A stretch of 62,720 bases of DNA, filler included, from Choristocarpus tenellus KU-1152 (lineage: Eukaryota; Protista; Phaeophyceae): assembly GCA_964200185.2 (NCBI GenBank). It is 9 parts of 9 records of this genome, joined end to end, with 100 filler letters (N's around TTAATTAATTAA, not from the genome) between each part and the next. Parts side by side here need not be neighbours in the genome. Positions count along the whole stretch, not along the records: positions 48,706 to 52,803 come from CAXNAD020016227.1; positions 52,904 to 56,048 come from CAXNAD020021998.1; positions 56,149 to 60,117 come from CAXNAD020016863.1; 6 more parts are not named here. One strand, written 5' to 3'. The translations under genes and the position numbers were made by a program. Below are positions 50,942 through 59,726 of this stretch, piece after piece. Numbering within the stretch: the stretch's first letter is position 1; each line of letters starts with the position of its first letter. The notes below the pieces were generated by a model. The model was not told where the DNA came from, did not search any database, and saw only the letters and a list, made by a program, of their open reading frames with translations.

Positions 50942-51199
50942 GAGTGAAAGCATCTTCGAGGGTACGAGTTTTGCCCTGTTTGTTAATTTGAGGCTTGGAT
51001 TCCCATAAGTTTTTTTATGACATTTTCCTACTCCAAAATGTTTAGGAGTAGGTAAAATGCATACGTTATGAAAACGTGTGTTCGGAACAAGAATATTGAC
51101 ACCTCCTAACAAACATGACATCCAAATTACATCAAAATATCAGCCTTTGATTTTGGCCCCCAAATGGACGCAGCTCTACCCTCTAAGATATTTTGACTC
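50942..51199. mobile_element. MITE family A copy, TSD TCA
   Basis: TCA|GAGTGAAAG...TTTTGACTC|TCA. Confidence 0.9.
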
Positions 51200-51221
51200 T
51201 CATTGTGTTTCAGCTGTAATT

Positions 51222-51479
51222 GAGCCAAATTATCATAGAGTGTAGAGCCGAGTTCATTTGGGGGTCAAAAATCAATGTTGCGATTTTGATGCGATTTTGG
51301 CTATTGTGTTTGTTAGGAAGTGTCAATATCTATGTTTCAGACACAACTTTTCATAACGTACACATTTTACCTTCTCCTAAACATTTTGGAGTAGGAAAAT
51401 GTCAATTAAAAAAACATGGGATCCAAGCCCCAAATGGACAAACAGAGCAAAACTCGTACCCTCTAAGATACTTTTACTC
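51222..51479. mobile_element. MITE family A copy (inverted relative to its neighbour, 22 bp away)
   Basis: GAGCCAAATTATC...CCCTCTAAGATACTTTTACTC. Confidence 0.88.
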
Positions 51480-51840
51480 AGTTAGCTCACCCTGATGTGT
51501 TAATATTGCAGCTTCAGAGCTCAAGAATGTTGGCAGGTGGTTTAGACCAAAAGGGATTTTAAATTCAAACCGGGCTGCTGACTTTCAATATTGAATTTTT
51601 AGCAGGAGCTCTAAGATATATGAATGAGTGATTGTAACCATTGTGGTGGGACTGGGTTCATGTTGACAGTTCGAAACCTTCATATAATTCGTAAAAAAAA
51701 CCCGCTTGATATGATAATGAACCAACTGGGCAAAGGTTCATTATTTGTTGACTACTAACAGTCCACACAGCACAATGGCCTGTAACACTTTATCCTCAAT
51801 AAAACAGATCACCCACTACACCAATACATTATCTGCTCAA

Positions 51841-52361
51841 GGCCCAAAGCATTTTAGAGCGTAGGAAGTTTGCCTTGCTTGTCCGTTCGGGGCTTGACTT
51901 CCAATGGTTGTTTTATGCCCATTTTCGGTTTTCTGTGTTAGCACAGTTACCTAAAATGTATACGACTGTGAAAGGCATGTCTGGAGTCAAAGTATCTGAG
52001 AGGGTAGATCCGCCTCCATTTGGGGGCCAAAATCCAATGTTGGAATTTTGATGTAATTTTGGCTGTCATTTCTGCTAGGAGATTTCAATATCCTTGCTCC
52101 GGGCACTCCTTTTCATAATGCACACATTTTACCTACTCCGAAATATTTTGGAGTAGGTAAAATGTCATTAAAAGCCCGTGGGCAGCCAAGCCCCAAATGG
52201 ACAAATAGGGCAAAACTCGTGCCCTCTAAGATACTTTCACTCTCTGGACCAAGGATATTGACACTTGTTAACAAACACAATAGCCAAGATTCATCAAAAT
52301 CATTACATTGGATTTATGATCCCGAACGGACGCAGTCCCACCCTTTTAAACGCTTTGGCTC
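51841..52361. mobile_element. Older family-A-related MITE with a younger family A copy (51984-52242, TSD TCTG) nested inside
   Basis: Host halves join as ...GCATG-TCTG-GACCAAGGATATTGAC, matching the consensus once the inner element and one TCTG are removed. Confidence 0.85.
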
Positions 52362-52903
52362 TCACCCAGCATTCATTTCTTTCCACTTGTGTGCTGTTAC
52401 ATGTAGTGGGGAACTCATTCCCTTTGGTATATTTTTTGAAGATGTGCTGTGGTTGCAAATCTATTAGTAACGTTTGGGTGTATTTGTGGGGGTGGGCGGG
52501 GGCAGGCACTGTAAAACTGTGGGGCTTGACTTCCCACAGGTTTTTTATGCCCTTTTGCAGTTTTCTTTATGAACACAGTTACCTAAAATGTAAAATACTA
52601 TGAAAGGTGTATCCGGAGTAAAGATATTGACAATTACTAATAAACACGATCGCCAAAATTCATCAATATTGCAACATCGGATTTTGGACCCAAAATGGAC
52701 GCGGCCCTACCAACTCAAGGTATCTAGGGGAGGGGAGGGGAGGGGGGGGGTCTACAACAGAGCGTCCGTTCGGGCCCCTGACCAGGCGAAGCGCCCATAC
52801 ATTNNNNNNNNNNNNNNNNNNNNNNNNNNNNNNNNNNNNNNNNNNNNTTAATTAATTAANNNNNNNNNNNNNNNNNNNNNNNNNNNNNNNNNNNNNNNNN
52901 NNN

Positions 52904-53363
52904 CCGGAAGGCCAAGCGGCAGCAGGGCGGTGGTGGTGGGGTAGGCGGGGTTGGAGTTGGGGGGGGGGGTGGGGGTTCGAAGCATGGTGGACATCATATG
53001 GGGGCCTCAACTCATGCCCACCCTAGTCACCCACATGCACCCTACCAAGTGGGGGGTCCTGGAAATTTGGATGGGGGCGGGGGCGGGGGGTGGTCCTCGG
53101 CTCAGGCTCGATCGAGCAAGCTGAATAAGAAGGACAAGAAGAGTAAGAAGGGGGAAAATAAGCAGGTATAAATAGAATAGAGGTGGCGTATTTTTTGTTC
53201 ATTTTATTGTTTTTATTTTATTGTTTTTGTGTTTTTGTTGATTTTGTGAGTGTTGTTTCGTTCGAGGTGTAGGTTGTTGTGGTAACATTAATGTTATGAT
53301 TATGTGCTAATTGTGTTTTGTTGTAGTTGTGACTATTTTGTTTTTTGAGGGTACCGGTCTCTC

Positions 53364-53430
<67 letters not shown>

Positions 53431-54165
53431 GGTATTTGTAGTGGTTTTTGTTGTCTGATGGGGGATGTTTGTCTTTTGGGGTTTTGTTGAAGGAGCTCGA
53501 GGTTGTTGAAATGCTTTTTATGATATTTGGGTCATGGTGTTGACATGCATGTGTTGTTTGCTTTAGCCGTGGGAGGGATACAATGGGTCCATTGAACATG
53601 GCAGGTGGTTGCAAAACTCCAGCTATCTCCATGGATGTTGCTGATATGGTGACGACAGTATCCTGATGACCACAATGACCGCATTATTTCGTGAAAGTGT
53701 TTTAACTTTTTTTTTGAGAGTAGGTTTAATAACTTGTGTACGTAATCCAAGAGGTCATTTTTTTGTGATTTTTTTTTTCTTCTATTGAAGCGGTAGAAGC
53801 AGAACGCTATATATTCCTTTTTTTAATTAATTTATTTTATTTTTGTCAGTGTTGACGTTCTTCGCTGCATCCACGAACACTTAGGTGTTATTATTATTAT
53901 TATTATTATTATCAAAACGAACCGTGATGCTTGATTTTTTATTTTTACTATTTCTGCTGTGGGTGACCTACCTACCCTTTTGCTGTGTCCTTCCACTGTG
54001 GTGCAGGGAGTGTACCCGTACCCCCATGCATACAGTGTCCACCCGGGCCTTCCAGGAATGGGGGGCATGGGAAACATGGGTGGTATGTTGGGTGCTAAGA
54101 GTGAACCTCCTTCGCCCGGAGGCTTTAGTGGCGGCTACAGTGGCCCTGGTGGCATCATGTACCAG
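52904..54165 (+). CDS. Partial gene, Gly/His/Pro-rich low-complexity exons (about 52904-53165, 54007-54165)
   Basis: ...SKHGGHHMGASTHAHPSHPHAPYQ...SSKLNKKDKKSKKGENKQ|gt and ag|GVYPYPHAYSVHPGLPGMGG...AKSEPPSPGGFSGG...MYQ|gt, with phase-0 junctions. Confidence 0.55.
53365..53428. repeat. (TG)n microsatellite
   Basis: About 31 TG units. Confidence 0.95.
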
Positions 54166-54774
54166 GTACAACGGTTAATGCATCTTTTTGTTGTAATCAG
54201 GTTATAAATAGATAAGTATACTATATTTGTAAGTTGCTGTGCCAATAAATTTTTTAAAGATGAGTTTGAATTCCCCCCCTGCCCCCCCCCCCTTGTATCA
54301 TGTCTATGTTTGTGTGTGACTGTGTAGAATTGTTGTATATGAAGAGTGAGGTGTTGTGGTTGTGGCTAAGAGTGAAGCTGCAGGGGGTAGTTGAGATATA
54401 TTTTTTTGTAAGATGTGCATGTGACTATTGAGTGTGTATAAGGTGTAGGTAAAGGTAGGTAGTATGGGAGTCAAGGGCAGGTCACATGTGAGAAGAGGGA
54501 GATGACTTGTGGAAATGAAAGTGCATGCCATCAAGTGTTATTTATTTGGGGGGGGGGTGGGATTGGTTGTGGTGTTGGAAGTAGCTGTTGTTGATGGAAT
54601 GTGAAGAACGGCTGTGCAATAATTTGAACAATGCTCTGCGTTTGTTAGTCGACCAATGGTAAGAGGATTGATCCGGCTGTTGTTGATAGTAGGGATGGCG
54701 CTGGATTTGAACTATGCTCTGTAGTTTTTGTTGGAGGTTTGGTTTTAGTCTTCCTCTAGTGTGACAATGGTTGA

Positions 54775-55060
54775 GAGTGAAAGTATCTTAGGGTTAGGGT
54801 ATATATGAGTTTTACCCTCTTTGTCCGTTTGGGGCTTGACTTCCCACAGGGTTTTTTATGACATCATTTTCTTACTCTGAAAATATTTTGGAGTAGGTAA
54901 AATGTATATGTTTTGGAGTATAGATATTATGTGCATGTCTGGGACGAGGATATTGACACTTGCTAACAAACACGATAGCCAAAATTACGTCAATATCATC
55001 ACAACATTGGATTTTGGCCACCAAACGGACACGGCTCTACCCTCTAAGATACTTTGACTC
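54775..55060. mobile_element. MITE family A copy, TSD TTGA
   Basis: TTGA|GAGTGAAAGTATC...GATACTTTGACTC|TTGA. Confidence 0.88.
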
Positions 55061-55099
55061 TTGAATAGTATTGTTGTGACAAAGCTTTCATCATCACCA

Positions 55100-55134
<35 letters not shown>

Positions 55135-56706
55135 ATTTTATTTTTATTATTATCATTATTGTGATAATTTTCATATGCGGTAAGGAGGCTTTTTATTTTT
55201 TATTTTTTGTGATGGTGAGGTATGTTTGCTTATTTTATTTTTATTTTTTGCTGCCTTCTCATTCTTCTTTTTCTCACTTTTTTGTCCTTGATCTTTAAAA
55301 GGTGTATGTATCTTTTCAGATAGTAATATCATATATATATATATATATATAAATATACAAATATAATATTTGAAGATATCGCTAACAATAATATTATTAA
55401 ATATTATTAGTATTAGTAATGGAAGCAAAAAATGGTGATCCACTTAAGTATGACTTTTATTTTCTTTGAGATGTGCAGTAAACCCAAGAAGTTAAAGGAG
55501 GGTTTGTGTGCGTGATGTGTGTCTTACACATGAAAAAGTGGAGAACTGAAGGGGTGGAAATTATTGATGCTTAGGGAATGAGTTTGTGCGTCTTTGTTGT
55601 CTATCTTTGTTGTCTATCTTTGTTGTCTATGACAAACATGCTATACTTTCATGTTGGTAGGGTTGAACTATTGCTGTGGGTGGATACCCTATGCAGCATA
55701 TGAGTCAGGATGTAGTTGTTTTGTGTCTCTACTGCTTTTATCGTGGTGGTTTCAAGGTATAACCTGTGTAGGTACTGTTGTTGTATGAGGGAGTAGCACT
55801 TTAGTTCAGCCCCCACCCTCTCTCCTATCCGACAATAATTTTGACATGGTTCTGAGGTATGCCCTCCATAGGGCATAATAATAGTACTCAAGCAAAATAG
55901 AGCAGGTAATGTTGTTGTATAGAGGAGTAGTGGTACAGCATAGCTGGTAGTAAAATAGCAAATAGACTCACTTCCCCCCCCCCCCCCCCCCCCCCCTCCC
56001 CCCCCAACCACTCCCGGGGGGGGGCCCCCCCGAGGCCCCACCCGCCCCNNNNNNNNNNNNNNNNNNNNNNNNNNNNNNNNNNNNNNNNNNNNTTAATTAA
56101 TTAANNNNNNNNNNNNNNNNNNNNNNNNNNNNNNNNNNNNNNNNNNNNCCTCCCAGATACTTTGGGTCACACCATCCGCGCACACTTGCAATCATCGCCC
56201 TCTATTTTGAATAAGTCTACCAATCGGTAAACTCGCGCAAAACTCCAAGTTATTGTTTTATTTCATGTATCAACGTCGGCCATGTACCCATCGCTCGTTG
56301 CAGGAATACATAGCACATATATACTACATATATGATTCGCCCCACTCACAATAATCGATCCCTGTTTCCCACTGGCGACAGACTGCCCCCTCCCGCCCCT
56401 TGCTAACCCATACACTAAACACACAATAGACATCTTTGACCCATTATGTCACACCCGTGCCTTCCCTTCACGTCGACACTACGCGTGACATGATAATCGT
56501 ACATACGCACTTCTTAGTCAACCGCTCACCATCCGTGCACACTTACAATCATCTCGCTCTCTATTTTCCAGAAGTCTGCCAAGTGTCAAACTAACCAAAA
56601 ACTCCAAGTTTTCGTCTTCATCACATATTGACATCTGTCATTTACTAAACCCTTGTTCCAGGAATAGGTAGCACAGATCACTCCAAAGAAAATGCCATTA
56701 CATCGA

Positions 56707-56965
56707 GGGTGAAAGTATCTAAGAGGGTACGAGTTTTGCCTTGTTTGTCCATTTGAGACTTGCCTTCCCATCTTTTTTTTTTACGACATTTTCCTACTCC
56801 AAAATGTTTAGGAGTAGGTAAAATGTATACGTTATGAAAAGGTGTGTCCGAAACATAGATTTTGACACTTCCTAACAAACACGATAGCCAAACCTACATC
56901 AAAATCGCAACATTGGATTTTGGCCCCCAAATGGACATGGCTCTACCCCTAAGATACTTTGGCTC
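56707..56965. mobile_element. MITE family A copy, TSD CGA
   Basis: TIRs plus conserved interior. Confidence 0.9.
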
Positions 56966-58407
56966 CGAATCGGTCACAGGACGTCGCCACAGTGTACCAA
57001 CACTGACTCCAACACGTACCACACCTCCCCTTATACGCACAATCACCAGAACCCTTAGGAATGGACGGACAGGGACGGCAGACAGCACAGTAACATGTCT
57101 ACGAAATTTCTATCCATCGACATGTTCCGAACACAGGAGATAGTCCACCACTAGGCTTACAAGATTGATCAAGCGGGACGACACGGCCCACGTGCCCCAA
57201 ACCTTGGTGGCATCAAGTCCATGCACGGGTTCTTCACTGGTCGGCTCAACACCGGAGAGTTCCATACGTCGATATATACTGAACTGTCTTGCTACTGCAC
57301 GAACTGTTCCATCGGCGACCTGGCCCAATGCAGGTGGCAATTAACCCACGTACCCCTTCTTAAGGAGATAGACCTCGGATTTTCCACGGAAACAGGAACG
57401 GGCGATATGTATCTGAGAAGCCAGCTGTCGAGGAAGAAGAGACAGCTCGCTGAGGGGAACATACGCATTGTGCGGACGCAGCCATCGGAGTACAATGGTA
57501 TAGAGTTCTTGCCGTTCACTACTGTCCACCGCAAGGACACGATTGAATGGAACAACGGGCACCACTCCAGCTGCGGAGGGATGTTCAATGCTTGGAGATG
57601 AGGTCGTCTTTGTCACTGAAGACTTCAAGGTGCTGAGTGCTAGCTTTGTTGATGGAGTGCCAACTATTCGCATGCCACGGACGAACAAAGTGAGAAACGC
57701 TTCTTGTTGTTACTAAGAGAACAATTCTCCACACGAATGATTTCCCGCTGTCCATATACAGATGTTACATATCCCCTGATATCCCCTCACACTCAAATAA
57801 AACCCTCCCATAACTTCCAACTCTGACATCCAAACCAGTGTCATTTTTTTCTCCTACTCTACAACCGCTAACGTCAACTTTCACAGAATATTTTACAAGT
57901 TCTGTAGGGCAAATAAGCGTATCCCATTCCTTCACTTCGCTAAGTGTATCCCCTATCCTACATAAACCTCTCCATTCCTCAAAGCCAAAATAAACAAGAC
58001 CCCTATACAACCAAACAAGGCCGTTACGCGCAAACACGTGCCAGTAGTCCAACACATCAACACAGCCCCTGCAACGGACATCTTAAGTATTGATGCAAGA
58101 GGCACAACCGGGTTCCCGAGATGTGCCCCTTCAGGCTATTATCATCCCAGACTTCACAGACATCCACCAAAACCACCTGGACGACACATTCACGATCCTG
58201 CCTGGTCAATACCAGAGGTTCACCACGGAATCCAACTGGCAATCCCTCCGTGTGATACCTACCCGCTTCTCAAGGCAACTCAGACTTGGGGACACATCCG
58301 ACGCCAGGTTCGGTCGAGGAACCAGCTTTATCCTACGTGCGAGTGGGGGGTCTATCATACAGGGGAAGGTCAGTGATGTTCACGTGGACGGTTCAGGGGT
58401 GCACATT

Positions 58408-58667
58408 GAGTGAAAGTATCTTAGAGGGTACGAGTTTTGGCCTGTTTGTCCATTTGGGGCTTGGTTCCCTTGAGGTTCTTACGACATTTTTCTACTCCAA
58501 AATATTTCGGATTAGGTAAAATGTGTATGTTATGAAAAGCTGTGTCCTGAACAAGGATATTGACACTTCCTAACAAACACGATAATAGCCAAAATTATAT
58601 CAAAATCGCAACATTGGATTTTGGCCCCCAAATGGACGCGGCTTTACCCTCTAAGATACTTTGGCTC
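58408..58667. mobile_element. MITE family A copy, TSD CATT
   Basis: CATT|GAGTGAAAG...CTTTGGCTC|CATT. Confidence 0.92.
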
Positions 58668-58872
58668 CATTTACTCAGTGTCCTACCTTCCGGATGACGG
58701 TGAAAAATCCTTGCATCCTCACCTGAGGACGTACATGACAAAGGACGACATAGAGGAGGGTGTCGACCAACTTCGGGAGAAGAACGAGAGGGACAGTGCG
58801 GAGGTTACAGCTCAGCGTGTCAGACAATGCCGCCAGTTGATAGTTGACCGCCAGCGAAAGCGTATTGGCATG

Positions 58873-59132
58873 GAATGAAAAGTATCTTAAAGGGTACGAG
58901 TTTTGCCCTGTTTGTCCGTTTAGGGCTCTGTTTTCCATGAGTTTTTTATGACATTTTTTCCTACTCCAAAATATTTTAGAGTAGGTAAATGTATACATTA
59001 TGAAAAGGTGCATTCGGAACAAGGATATTGACACTTCCTAACAAACATGATCGCCAAAATTACATCAAAATCGCAACATTGGATTTTGGCCCCCAAACGG
59101 ACGCGGCCCTACCCTCTAAGATACTTTGACTC
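58873..59132. mobile_element. MITE family A copy, TSD ATG
   Basis: ATG|GAATGAAAAG...CTTTGACTC|ATG. Confidence 0.9.
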
Positions 59133-59279
59133 ATGGAGAAGTATACGGAGAAATATATACTCCTTGAACCGATACCGAGGGCTGTGCCGGATTTAGATGA
59201 GGGAGACACACTCAATGCAGGTGCCAAGGGCAGAGGACTATACTTCAGATGTGACAATCAGTGGGTGCAAGGGTCCGAA

Positions 59280-59726
59280 GAGCCAAATTATCTTAGAGGG
59301 TAGAGCCGCGTCCATTTGGGGACCAAAATCCAATGTTGCGATTTAGATATTAATTTGGCTATCATTTTTGTTAGGAGATGTCAATATCCTTGTTCCGGAC
59401 ACACCTTTTCATTTTTCATGATGTATACATTTTACCTACTCCGAAAGATTTTCGGGCTCATAGTATCTGGGAGGGGGTGGGGGATGTCCATTTGGGACGA
59501 ATTTTTTCATCTTGCGATTTTGGGGTGATTTGGTTGCATGCGTCGGATGTGTAATGTAAGTGCGCTTTTCTTGATTTTGACCCAAATGGACACCCTGGTG
59601 CAGATTCACCCCCCCCCCAGATACCTTGGGTCTCGAAAAAGTAAAATGTCATTAAAAATTCATGGGAAACCCAGCCCCAAGTGGACAAACAGGGAAAGAC
59701 TCGTACCCTCTAAGGTACTTTCACTC
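59280..59726. mobile_element. MITE family A copy with a nested family B MITE (59455-59632, TSD TCG)
   Basis: Family A halves flank a complete family B element. Confidence 0.88.

Noticed and set aside
48821-52851. Recurrent short ORFs containing PKWTNRAKLVPSK / LGSVNI peptides
   Set aside because: These are translations of non-coding family A MITE copies, not a protein family
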